NCBI GenBank assembly: GCA_937930175.1
Contig: CALGLP010000018.1
Location: 14,193-78,192, forward strand
Direction: 5' to 3'
DNA length: 64,000 nucleotides
Source: an uncultured bacterium
GTDB taxonomy: Bacteria > Omnitrophota > Gorgyraeia > Zapsychrales > Aceulaceae
Within the stretch, counting starts at the first letter, position 1, and each line of letters starts with the position of its first letter. The position numbers were made by a program, and so were the translations under genes. Below are positions 1 to 9,169 of the stretch, in pieces. Under the pieces are notes generated by a model. That model did no database searches. It saw only the letters and a list, made by a program, of their open reading frames with translations, and was not told where the DNA came from.

Positions 1-606
1 TTAGGCTTTACGATTGTTGAAACAATGATTGCGTTGACGATCCTGATCATTATTATGATAGCATTTTTGTTAACGATCAAGGCAGGTGACACAGCGAGAT
101 CTTTTGGCACGGCACAGATTGAAGTTCAGTCGGAGGCAAGACGCGCTATGGATTGGATTGCCAAGGATGTCAGGCAGGCGCGTCGGGTAGATATCGGAAG
201 CAGCGTTAATAATCCCACGGTCTCACACATTAAATTCAACATGGTCATGGGATATAATATTGCTGGGCTCGGGTCTGTTGTGCTAAGCCCCAAGCATGTT
301 GAATACACCTATAACTCTACTGAGAAAACAATTACACGCACGGAAACAACGCCAGTCGCGCCTCCTGGGCCAGATATCACCGTTGTTCGGACCCTCCGTC
401 ATATTATGGAGCCTCCTTTTTATACCAAGATTACAAATGCTGACGGAACGTACAGCATTGTGCCTATTGATCCTGTAGTTGTTGGCGGGGATAGTCCGAT
501 GTTTCAGAGTGGTAATTTAGTGATTAAGATTGTAGGGCAGAAGCAGGTCAAGGATGGATTGACGCCTGCGTATACCCTGATAGAGGAGGTTAAAATAAGA
601 AATTGA
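1..606 (+). CDS. prepilin-type N-terminal cleavage/methylation domain protein (minor pilin / pseudopilin); 5' end cut by window edge
   Basis: Reading frame is open from nt 1: LGFTIVETMIALTILIII = class III prepilin signal (G|FT..E at +5) followed by a hydrophobic helix; remainder is beta-rich. Confidence 0.7.
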   Translation, partial: LGFTIVETMIALTILIIIMIAFLLTIKAGDTARSFGTAQIEVQSEARRAMDWIAKDVRQARRVDIGSSVNNPTVSHIKFNMVMGYNIAGLGSVVLSPKHVEYTYNSTEKTITRTETTPVAPPGPDITVVRTLRHIMEPPFYTKITNADGTYSIVPIDPVVVGGDSPMFQSGNLVIKIVGQKQVKDGLTPAYTLIEEVKIRN

Positions 607-1523
607 ACAAACGCGGCGTAGCAATTATTTTTTCTTTTTTGGCGATCACACTTCTTTTGGGATTTTTAGGGGCACTTTTTGTTCAAGCCATGGGGGAAAC
701 CCGGCTTGTTCAGCGACAAGCCCATTCAGTCAACGCGCTTTGGCTTGCCGAAGCAGGGATTGCTAAAGTCAAGAGCGTTTCTGGCGCACCAGCAAATGCC
801 AGTGGAACGATCGTTAATCCATCTGATCTTACGGATAACGTATATTCTTTCAACGCGGTGGCTACTCAAATAGGTACTTCAGATTATTATACGGTTGTTT
901 CAACAGGAACTGTCACATCTCCTGGGTCCGTCATCCGAAGGGTTGTCAGCGTGACGATGAAAAATATTCCACCGGATGCGTCGAAATTTCAATACTGTGT
1001 CGAAACCACAGGGAATGAAGTTTCTTACAAAGCAAAAAATGTTGTCAACTTGATCAATCCTGCGAATCTCGTTAAGGTTGACTCGACGCAGGCCTTTAGT
1101 GATCTTTTTGGCGTTGATATGTCAGCGATGAAGGCGCAGGCAAACATACAGTTAACGAATCCTACGTCGAATACTATTGATGCTAGTGGCATAACCTGGG
1201 TTGACGTTACCCAAGGGGATCCTCCTTCGCTTTCCATCCAGCATCTAAATGGCAGCGGGATTGTTGTTATCAATGGTAATTTTAGGCTCAATGGTGTTGC
1301 TGGAGGAGGCGGATCGACTTTTAATGGCATCCTCTATGTTGTTGGAAAGTTTTGGATGTCGGGAAATGCAACGGTTAATGGTACCGTGTTTGTTGAAAGC
1401 ACCGCAGATATCGACGATACGGAATTAACTGGTAGTTCGTTAGTTAAGTACAGTCCTCAGTACATTGCCGCGAGCTTGGGAACATTATCAAGCAAAACTG
1501 TTGTATCGTGGAAAGAAAACTAA
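603..1523 (+). CDS. PilX/GspK-like minor pilin (type IV pilus / T2SS pseudopilin)
   Basis: N-terminus MNKRGVAIIFSFLAITLLLG resembles the PilX_N/GspK hydrophobic segment. TTG start overlaps the upstream stop (TTGA). GAGGAGG lies 12 nt upstream. Co-oriented with the preceding pilin gene. Confidence 0.55.
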   Translation: MNKRGVAIIFSFLAITLLLGFLGALFVQAMGETRLVQRQAHSVNALWLAEAGIAKVKSVSGAPANASGTIVNPSDLTDNVYSFNAVATQIGTSDYYTVVSTGTVTSPGSVIRRVVSVTMKNIPPDASKFQYCVETTGNEVSYKAKNVVNLINPANLVKVDSTQAFSDLFGVDMSAMKAQANIQLTNPTSNTIDASGITWVDVTQGDPPSLSIQHLNGSGIVVINGNFRLNGVAGGGGSTFNGILYVVGKFWMSGNATVNGTVFVESTADIDDTELTGSSLVKYSPQYIAASLGTLSSKTVVSWKEN

Positions 1524-1589
1524 CGTTTAACGTTCCCGCAGGTAGGTCTTTCTAGGTCAGCCCTCAGGTTATCAATCAAGAACGAAAAA

Positions 1590-4229
1590 TTATTGGGTAG
1601 GAGCCGCTGATGTTATTAAGAGGCGGAGGTAAGGCTTGCTGCTGATATAGTGGTGGATGATGGCATTGATATCATTTTTGGTAACATTTGCAATATCGTT
1701 TTCATAGTTAAAAAGTCTGCTAAGATCAAGTCCGTAGAGGAGATATTGGGCCGCTCGATGCGCAAGGACATCGTTACGTTGTTTGCGTATCAGATTGCGC
1801 GTGATAAGCTCAGCCTTGGAATCTGCTATTTCTTTGTCCGTCACACCATCCTTTGACAGAAGGCTTAATTGTTCTTCAATGCCTTTGATAAGCTCATCCT
1901 GTTTTTCAACTGATGTTCCTGCGTAAATCCCAAAAAATCCCGTGTCATAGCTCGGTGAAGAAAAAAAGTTTTGGATATAGGTTAGGTTGTTCTGATTGCG
2001 GATGGTGTAGAGGAGTCGTCCGTTGTGGCCAGACATAATGGAACTTAAAATATCAAAGGCAAAGACAGCGTGATCATCTAAACGAATACCATGAAATCCA
2101 AAAAAGACCATCGCGCCTTGACGGTCGATGTTGATGGTGATCTTTTCTTGGGTCTGTAATGGCGTAATACCTTGCGCAGTGATAGGGGGCTTGAGAGTCG
2201 AGGCATGAAATTTTGAGAAGATCTTTTCCATCGTAGTGATCGCCTCAGTGGGATTGATATCGCCGCAAACCGCAACAACCATGTTTGTCGAAACTCCTAA
2301 ACGCTTGTAAAAATCAATAAGGTCTTTTCGCGTCAGAGCGGAAATGCTTTCTTTTGTTCCATTGGCACGTAAGCCGTAGGGGTGATTTTTATAGATCGCC
2401 GCTTTGAACTTTGTGAACCCATGAGCGAACATATTATCGTTTTCTGCTTGGATATCAAGAAGGCAGATCTTTTTGAGCTTGCTAAGCTCATCGTCAGGAA
2501 ATATTGGATCCTCAAGGATGGTAGCAATCGTTTTTAGAGTAAAAGAGAGATCGCTCTTGAGTGCTGTGGCGCCAAGACCAAAGCTGTTGTCATCGGAAAA
2601 GGCGCTGATATGTGCTCCACGATTTTCAAACAGGGAAGAGAGATCCTCGTTGTTGATTTTTGAATGAACAAGCATTTGCGCGCAGATCTTTGACAGGCCG
2701 TTGGTTTGAGGCGTTTCAGCCAAGAGCCCACCTTGAAAAAGGATGGTTGTTGAAAGCATGGGGATGAGGGTGTTTTGAATCGCGATAAGCTTGATACCAT
2801 TTTTTAGGGTTTTACTTTTCCAGGGCAAGCTTTGGGTGCGGACGTCCGTTGTTTGTTTTGCGTCGTCAGCGTGAAAAGTTTTTGGCACGAGAAGAGAATG
2901 ATTGGCGCTCTCAGGAGTTAAATATTTTTTAGCAATGCGTTGAATCTCATGCACGGTAACCTTGTCAACGGCGTCAATGTATTTTTGGGAGAATTGTGCA
3001 TCACCGGTGAGAAGCTTTTCAAGGCTTAACGATCCTGCGATCGCATCGAGGGAGGCATGTGAAGCGATATAGCTGGAGATGAGCAACGTTTTTGCACGTT
3101 TAAGTTCGAGGGATGAAATGGGTTTTTGTTGAAGTGCTGTGATTTCTTTAAAAATAAGGTGTTTAATCTCCCCTAAGCGCTCAGGACTCAAAACAGCGGT
3201 GATGGTAAACACGCCGTGGTTTAAGAGTGTGTCGTTGCCAACACTAATGGATTGGACAAGCTGTAATTCTTTAACAAGTTTTTTGTTAAGACGCGAGGCA
3301 TCGCCTTGGCCAAGAATGACAGCGATCAGATCTAAAGCAAAGATATCAGGATTTAAAATACCTGGGGAATGAAAACCAATCGCCAAGCGGCCCATATCCG
3401 CATCGAATGTTTCCTTTGATGAGCGCGGCATGGTCTGTGGCGGCTCTTCAGGAATATGAATCGGTGTATAGAAAGGAAGGCTCATGTCAGGTATTTTTTT
3501 CTCAATCGCCGTGAAGACATCCACTGCTTTGACATCGCCAGCGACAGCGAGGACCGCTGAGCTTGGGGTAAAGCGCGTGGCATAAGAGTGACGGACATCC
3601 TTGGGGGTGATCGCCTTAAATAAAAGGGGATAGCCAATAACCGGATGCTGATAGGGATGGATGCGAAAGGCTGTTTTCCATAAGAGTTCGTTGACCTTGG
3701 CGTCAGGATTATCATTGTAAAGGATAATTTCTTTGAATACGACATCCTTCTCTTTGATAACATGCTCATCAGAGAAGTTGGGAAAAAAGACCATCTCTTG
3801 AATGAGGTCAAGTGCTTGCAAAAGATTATCTTTGGGAACGGTGATGTAAACAGAAACCGTATCCGCGGAGGTTGAGGCGTTAAAAGTGCCTCCCAGCGTC
3901 TTGAGGATTTTTTCGATAGTGCCTTCTTGTGGATATCGACGTGAAGAGCGGATCATCAAATGCTCGATCAAATGAGAAATACCATAGCCGCAAAGCTCGC
4001 CTTCAGCTGCGCTTCCCGTTTTAAAAGCAATATTGAGCGCGGCTAATCCGCTGCCAGGATATTCTTGAACAACGCAGGTCAAGCCGTTTTCGAACGTTTT
4101 TTCAATAACAGGGACATCGTTGAGCTTGGGCAGGGATCCACACATGGCTGTAGAGGCCAGGGTAAAAATGCCAAAGATAAGGAAGGCCGTTGTTTTTAGC
4201 GCTTGGCGTATTGATCGAAAAAGGAACAT
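1590..4229 (-). CDS. secreted M16 family (pitrilysin/insulinase-like) zinc peptidase, tandem M16 + M16_C domains
   Basis: Inverted zinc motif HLIEH (GISHLIEHLMIRS) near the N-terminus, 879 aa two-lobed length, N-terminal signal peptide MFLFRSIRQALKTTAFLIFGIFTLAS. Confidence 0.8.
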   Translation of the reverse strand: MFLFRSIRQALKTTAFLIFGIFTLASTAMCGSLPKLNDVPVIEKTFENGLTCVVQEYPGSGLAALNIAFKTGSAAEGELCGYGISHLIEHLMIRSSRRYPQEGTIEKILKTLGGTFNASTSADTVSVYITVPKDNLLQALDLIQEMVFFPNFSDEHVIKEKDVVFKEIILYNDNPDAKVNELLWKTAFRIHPYQHPVIGYPLLFKAITPKDVRHSYATRFTPSSAVLAVAGDVKAVDVFTAIEKKIPDMSLPFYTPIHIPEEPPQTMPRSSKETFDADMGRLAIGFHSPGILNPDIFALDLIAVILGQGDASRLNKKLVKELQLVQSISVGNDTLLNHGVFTITAVLSPERLGEIKHLIFKEITALQQKPISSLELKRAKTLLISSYIASHASLDAIAGSLSLEKLLTGDAQFSQKYIDAVDKVTVHEIQRIAKKYLTPESANHSLLVPKTFHADDAKQTTDVRTQSLPWKSKTLKNGIKLIAIQNTLIPMLSTTILFQGGLLAETPQTNGLSKICAQMLVHSKINNEDLSSLFENRGAHISAFSDDNSFGLGATALKSDLSFTLKTIATILEDPIFPDDELSKLKKICLLDIQAENDNMFAHGFTKFKAAIYKNHPYGLRANGTKESISALTRKDLIDFYKRLGVSTNMVVAVCGDINPTEAITTMEKIFSKFHASTLKPPITAQGITPLQTQEKITINIDRQGAMVFFGFHGIRLDDHAVFAFDILSSIMSGHNGRLLYTIRNQNNLTYIQNFFSSPSYDTGFFGIYAGTSVEKQDELIKGIEEQLSLLSKDGVTDKEIADSKAELITRNLIRKQRNDVLAHRAAQYLLYGLDLSRLFNYENDIANVTKNDINAIIHHYISSKPYLRLLITSAAPTQ

Positions 4230-4368
4230 GGCGCCATTTTAACAAGAAAAAACATCGTGTCAATGAGGAAATTATTTTGTGAGTGAGTCTGCGTCTATTT
4301 TTCATGAAAACTCTTGCAACGCAAGCCCTCACCAGGTATCGTAGGATGCAATATATTAAGGAAACTTT

Positions 4369-5100
4369 ATGCGTGTTGACCAAGATCTCTTAGCTATTTC
4401 AAAACGAGCTGGCAAAGCTATCGGAGATTATGCCATGCTTCAAGACGGCGATCGCGTCTTGGTGGCCGTTTCTGGCGGAAAGGATAGCTTAACCCTTTTG
4501 CATGTGCTTTTGTATCGTCAGACATTTATCCCGATCAAGATTAAGCTTACTGCTGTTCATATTGATGCCGGTATTCCTGGATTTCCTTTGGTAAAGCTTG
4601 AAAAGCACTTTCAGAAGCTCGGGGTTGATTACCGTATTGAGCAGATTAATTTTCTAAAAGGTAAAGACTTAAGCGATATTGATTGCTTCTGGTGCTCGTG
4701 GAATCGGCGGAAGGCCCTATTTGAACTAGCACGGAAGATGGGATACAACAAAATAGCTTTTGGCCATCATTTGGATGATATTGCTGAAACGATCTTGCTT
4801 AATCTTTTTTTTCGCGGGGAAATTGGTGCCATGAGGCCCCATCAACCCCTTTTTAATGGCAAAGTCACAGTCATTCGTCCTTTGGCTTATGAAAAAGAGG
4901 CTGTGATTGCAAAATTTGCAACAGCCCATAAATTAAAGAATCTTTGTCGCTGCCTGTGCCCGCATAGTGCTAATTCCAAGCGTGCCACCATGAAAAGGCT
5001 TCTTACCAAGCTTGAGAAGGAAAATCCAGCTGTTAAGATGAATATTTTAAAAAGTTTGCAGAATATCAAAGAAAACTATTTATTGGACTATCTTGGGTAA
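4369..5100 (+). CDS. ttcA: tRNA 2-thiocytidine(32) synthetase TtcA (PP-loop ATPase)
   Basis: PP-loop SGGKDS; CxxCS..RR motif (CFWCSWNRRKALF); FGHHLDDIAETILLNLFF block typical of TtcA. Confidence 0.8.
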   Translation: MRVDQDLLAISKRAGKAIGDYAMLQDGDRVLVAVSGGKDSLTLLHVLLYRQTFIPIKIKLTAVHIDAGIPGFPLVKLEKHFQKLGVDYRIEQINFLKGKDLSDIDCFWCSWNRRKALFELARKMGYNKIAFGHHLDDIAETILLNLFFRGEIGAMRPHQPLFNGKVTVIRPLAYEKEAVIAKFATAHKLKNLCRCLCPHSANSKRATMKRLLTKLEKENPAVKMNILKSLQNIKENYLLDYLG

Positions 5101-5193
5101 AGATTTTTCTAAAAAAGCGTTTACTTTTTATCATTTTTAAGTATACTAAATTATCCAACCGAGTTTTAATCCATCTAACGAAAGGAAAAGACG

Positions 5194-6204
5194 ATGGCTG
5201 TATCCTATAAAAGTTTAGGTTTTGTTAATACAAACGAGATGTTCAAGAAAGCTATGAAGGGTGGCTATGCTGTTCCCGCGTACAATTTTAACAATATGGA
5301 ACAGATCCAGGCGATTATTACCGCATGCCTGGAAACGCAATCGCCGGTGATCCTGCAGGTGTCAAGTGGTGCTCGTAAGTATGCGGATCAGACACTTTTG
5401 CAATTTATGGGTCAAGGTGCTGTGGAGATGATGAAAAGCCATGCCAAGGCCAAGGGCTTAAAAGAAATTCCGATCGCGCTTCATTTAGATCATGGTGATA
5501 CCTTTGAACTTTGCAAATCCTGTATTGAATCAGGGTTTTCATCCGTGATGATCGATGGATCCCACCATCCTTATGATAAAAATGTAGAATTGACTAAGCA
5601 AGTGGTTGATTACGCGCATCAATTTGATGTTACAGTGGAAGGGGAGTTAGGAGTTTTGGCTGGCATTGAAGATGACGTTTCTGCTGCAAAATCAACCTAT
5701 ACCAAGCCGGAAGAGGTGATTGATTTCGTTTCAAAAACAGGTGTTGATTCGTTGGCCATTTCGATTGGGACATCGCACGGTGCTAATAAGTTTAAACCCG
5801 ATCAATGCACTCGCAATGCTGACGGCGTCTTGATTCCACCAGAATTACGATTTGATATCCTGGAAAAAATTCAGAAAGAAATTCCTAATTTTTATATTGT
5901 TCTTCATGGATCTTCTTCAGTTCCTGTGGAGGCTGTTAAGATCATTAACGCCAATGGGGGAGCCTTGAAGGATTCGATCGGGATCCCGGAAGAGCAACTT
6001 CGCAAGGCCTGTCAGTATAATGTTTGCAAGGTTAATATTGATTCGGATGGTCGCCTTTGGATGACCGCAGCGATTCGCAAGGTATTTGTGGAAAAACCCG
6101 CGGAATTTGATCCACGCAAATATTTGGGTCCGGCACGCGATGCCTTGGTTCTTATGTATAAGCATAAAAATCAAAATGTGCTGGGGTCCGCAGGCAAGGC
6201 GTAA
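5194..6204 (+). CDS. fba: fructose-bisphosphate aldolase, class II
   Basis: GYAVPAYNFNNMEQ..AIITACLE..SPVILQVS N-terminal block and HLDHG metal-site motif of class II FBA. RBS AAAGGAAAAG. Upstream TTTACT-16-TATACT promoter-like element. Confidence 0.9.
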   Translation: MAVSYKSLGFVNTNEMFKKAMKGGYAVPAYNFNNMEQIQAIITACLETQSPVILQVSSGARKYADQTLLQFMGQGAVEMMKSHAKAKGLKEIPIALHLDHGDTFELCKSCIESGFSSVMIDGSHHPYDKNVELTKQVVDYAHQFDVTVEGELGVLAGIEDDVSAAKSTYTKPEEVIDFVSKTGVDSLAISIGTSHGANKFKPDQCTRNADGVLIPPELRFDILEKIQKEIPNFYIVLHGSSSVPVEAVKIINANGGALKDSIGIPEEQLRKACQYNVCKVNIDSDGRLWMTAAIRKVFVEKPAEFDPRKYLGPARDALVLMYKHKNQNVLGSAGKA

Positions 6205-6216
6205 GATTTTGGTTAG

Positions 6217-6256
6217 GTGAAAAACCCGCCTTTAAAAGGCGGGTTTTTCACTGAAC
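6217..6256 (+). terminator. Rho-independent terminator after fba
   Basis: gtgaaaaacccgcc / tttaaaa / ggcgggtttttcac: 14-bp GC-containing stem followed by a T-run. Confidence 0.8.
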
Positions 6257-6318
6257 TGAGTTAATTTTTTTTAATTCTAAAAGTTCGATAAAATGGTTTA
6301 TAAAAGTTTCGTGGGGTC

Positions 6319-8001
6319 ATGATGAAAGAAAATTCTTTTTCGAAACACGTTAAGAAGTTTACTTTTCTTTCTCTTCTCTTGTTTTGTGCCCTTTCTTTAA
6401 GCATTCCTAAGACATCTCAAGCCGAAGCATCGTCATCAGATGTTATCTGTGGCGCTTATCTGACAGGTATCGGTTGCAGTAATTGTGCGGTCATCGATCC
6501 CATGTTGTTTCATGAAATTGTGACGAAGTACCCGCAAGCTATTATTTTGGAATACGAAATCTATCATGCAAGCAAAGAAAACGAACAAATCAAAGCAGAT
6601 TATTTTAAAAACTTTTTTCCGGGTCAACCGATTGGTGTTCCTGCGTTTATTTTAAACAATACAACCAAGGCTGTAGGGCGTATTAAGGTAGCAGACCTGT
6701 TGTCGGGTTTTGATAAGATTGTATCAAACGCCTGTCCGATGTCAGATGGGACGGTTAAAGATCTTCAAACGCTTGATTTAACCACGCTTTCGGGAAAGAT
6801 TAATATTTGGACCAAGAACCGTGTTTTATCAACGGATAGAGCCGGCGGAGATAATCGCATCTTAAAAGAACTCTTGCTAGAGACTAATATATGGAAAGTT
6901 TTAAAGGGCATTCCGTATGAAAAAATAGAGCCAGTACCGGTTGAGATTTCGCAAAATGTCATCACTTTTCAATATGCTGTACGTATTGGCAGTTGGACGT
7001 TGCAATGGAATGAATATGCGCCAGGAAGCCCGCAAAATTCATCGAGAAAAGTCGGTGGGGCGATTGTCCAAATATTTTTAGCCCTTGTCGGGATTCTTGT
7101 TCTCGTCGCACTTTTAAAGATTGAAAAAACGTCTAAGGGTTACGGACTTAGGATGCGTAATTTTGGAAAAAAGCAGAAAGATTATGCCTTTGTCGCACTC
7201 GCGGTTGTTGGGCTCGGTGCGTTCTTTATTTTTGCCAAGAGTTTGAATCCTGCGGCCCTTGAAAAAGCAGGTTATTATTTACCTTTGCCCATCTTTACTT
7301 TGATTATTGGCTTCATTGATGGATTTAATCCATGCAACATGTTTGTTCTCACTTGCTTGATGGCGCTTTTGGTTTCAAGTTCTGATTCCAAAATGCGGCT
7401 TTATGTTGTTGGGATCACATTTGTGGGAACAGTGTTTGTGCTTTATTTTCTATTTATGGCAGCCTGGCTGAATGTGTTTCAGTATGTCAATTTTATTACA
7501 CCACTGCGTATTGGCATTGGTCTTTTGTCGCTCATAGCAGGCTTGATTAATTGCAAAGAGCTTTTATTTTTCAAAAAGGGTATTAGCCTGACAATCCCCA
7601 ATGAACAAAAAGGCCCATTGATGAAAAAGATTTATGCCATGAAAGCTGCTATTCAGAAAGGCTCTTTTCCAGTCTTGATTTCCTCCGCGTTTGCCTTGGC
7701 GATCCTGTCGTCCCTTGTTGAAATTCCATGTACCGCGGGATTTCCGATCATTTACACAGGAATTCTTTCGGGCAAAGTTTTTGAAAATTCTTTTGTCTAT
7801 TATGTGTATTTAGCATTTTACAATATTCTTTATGTTCTGCCGCTTTTCGTCATTGTGACCATGTTTATCGTCACTTTTAAAGGCGCGCCGATTTCTCAAC
7901 GACAAATGGAAATCCTAAAATTTATCGGTGGGATCATCATGATCCTTTTAGGTATTGTTCTTTTAGTTAATCCAAGCTTGGTTGGCGTAAATATGGGCTA
8001 A
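6319..8001 (+). CDS. thiol:disulfide interchange membrane protein: N-terminal periplasmic thioredoxin-like CxxC domain fused to a CcdA/DsbD-type transmembrane domain
   Basis: Signal peptide. GIGCSNCAV CxxC in a thioredoxin-like beta-alpha-beta context. C-terminal half is polytopic with FNPCNMFVL and EIPCTAGFP, resembling the two conserved TM cysteines of CcdA/DsbD (xPC motifs). Confidence 0.55.
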   Translation: MMKENSFSKHVKKFTFLSLLLFCALSLSIPKTSQAEASSSDVICGAYLTGIGCSNCAVIDPMLFHEIVTKYPQAIILEYEIYHASKENEQIKADYFKNFFPGQPIGVPAFILNNTTKAVGRIKVADLLSGFDKIVSNACPMSDGTVKDLQTLDLTTLSGKINIWTKNRVLSTDRAGGDNRILKELLLETNIWKVLKGIPYEKIEPVPVEISQNVITFQYAVRIGSWTLQWNEYAPGSPQNSSRKVGGAIVQIFLALVGILVLVALLKIEKTSKGYGLRMRNFGKKQKDYAFVALAVVGLGAFFIFAKSLNPAALEKAGYYLPLPIFTLIIGFIDGFNPCNMFVLTCLMALLVSSSDSKMRLYVVGITFVGTVFVLYFLFMAAWLNVFQYVNFITPLRIGIGLLSLIAGLINCKELLFFKKGISLTIPNEQKGPLMKKIYAMKAAIQKGSFPVLISSAFALAILSSLVEIPCTAGFPIIYTGILSGKVFENSFVYYVYLAFYNILYVLPLFVIVTMFIVTFKGAPISQRQMEILKFIGGIIMILLGIVLLVNPSLVGVNMG

Positions 8002-8102
8002 GGCGCACATGCCTTGAAAGCGCAGAAGCTTCTATACAAGCTTGATAAAATTTGTTATACTCGGATGTTTTTGGCACTTATAAAAAGTTTTTTTGTTCAC
8101 TT

Positions 8103-8232
8103 GATAGGCACCAAGTTTTCTGGAATTTGATAAAGATGTAATTTGGGCCGCCTGAGCTTTTCTGGCAAAATATTTAGAGAGCGCAGATAGGCACCAAGTT
8201 TTTTGGAATTTGATAAAGATGTAATTTGGGCC
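8103..8232 (+). repeat. 47-nt direct repeat (2 copies, 1 mismatch, period 83 nt) comprising the tRNA-Lys upstream region plus the first 5 nt (GGGCC) of the tRNA
   Basis: Copy 1 at 8103-8149, copy 2 at 8186-8232: gataggcaccaagtttt(c/t)tggaatttgataaagatgtaatttgggcc. Copy 2 runs into the mature tRNA 5' end. Confidence 0.85.
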
Positions 8233-8300
8233 ATTAGCTCACATGGTAGAGCAAGTGACTCTTAATCACTGGGTAGCAGGTTCGATTCCTGCATGGCCCA
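8228..8300 (+). tRNA. tRNA-Lys (anticodon CUU)
   Basis: Manual fold gives a 73-nt cloverleaf: acceptor GGGCCAT/ATGGCCC, D-arm GCTC-ACATGGTA-GAGC, anticodon stem AGTGA/TCACT with loop CTCTTAA (anticodon CTT), T-arm GCAGG-TTCGATT-CCTGC, discriminator A. CCA is not encoded. Confidence 0.85.
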
Positions 8301-8352
8301 TGAATATTTTTCATGGTCATCTTTTAAGGGGGAGTTTGTGCAAGATCAAAAA

Positions 8353-9159
8353 ATGGATGTCGCTGCATTTAAAGCTAAGGCAGTAACGTTTCGAAAGCAA
8401 ATTCTTGAAATGACCCATATGGCTGGCTCGGGTCATCCGGGTGGCTCTCTTTCCGCAGTTGAAATTCTCATCAGCCTGTATTGCTATAAAATGCGTCACA
8501 AGCCGCAAGAACCTCATTGGGCCAATCGTGATCGTCTTATTATTTCCAAAGGTCATGCATCACCTGTTGTTTATGTTGCTTTAGCGGATAGTGGCTATTT
8601 TCCCAAAGAAGAGCTTGGTACGTTTCGTAAATTAGGGGCAAGGCTTCAAGGTCATGTTCATCGTAAGGTTCCAGGTGTTGAGCTTAATACCGGTTCCTTA
8701 GGCCATGGTCTTTCCGTTGCCAACGGCATGGCTTTAGCAGCAAGGTTGCAAAATAAAGATTTTAAGGTTTACTGTCTCATGGGCGATGGAGAGATTCAAG
8801 AAGGTTCGGTTTGGGAAGCAGCCATGAGTTCAGCGCATTACAAGCTTCATAATGTCTGTGCAATTATTGATTATAATAAAGTTCAAGAAAACGGTCCTGT
8901 GAGCGAGATCATGAACCTTGAGCCTTTAGCCGATAAATGGAGAAGCTTTGGCTGGGAAGTTATCGAAGCTGATGGCCATGATTTTGATGAGCTTAAAAAA
9001 GCCCTGGATGGATTTGATGCAGCGAAAAAGCCTTATGTGATTATTGCGCACACAGCAAAGGGCAAGGGTATTTCCTTTATGGAAGGGAAATCGAAATGGC
9101 ATGGCAAGGCGCCGAATAAAGAGGAATTATCTACTGCTTTAAAGGAGCTTGAAGGTTAG
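8353..9159 (+). CDS. transketolase, N-terminal (TPP-binding) subunit of a split transketolase
   Basis: HMAGSGHPGGSLS..GHASP..GSLGHGLS..GDGE TPP-binding blocks; about 270 aa. Alternative GTG start at 8338 is closer to the AGGGGGAG SD. Confidence 0.85.
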   Translation: MDVAAFKAKAVTFRKQILEMTHMAGSGHPGGSLSAVEILISLYCYKMRHKPQEPHWANRDRLIISKGHASPVVYVALADSGYFPKEELGTFRKLGARLQGHVHRKVPGVELNTGSLGHGLSVANGMALAARLQNKDFKVYCLMGDGEIQEGSVWEAAMSSAHYKLHNVCAIIDYNKVQENGPVSEIMNLEPLADKWRSFGWEVIEADGHDFDELKKALDGFDAAKKPYVIIAHTAKGKGISFMEGKSKWHGKAPNKEELSTALKELEG

Positions 9160-9169
9160 GAGAAATGAT

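Noticed and set aside
8103-8232. Possible CRISPR or other repeat array.
   Set aside because: There are only two copies, no spacer-like periodicity beyond that and no cas genes. The repeat is anchored to the tRNA 5' end.
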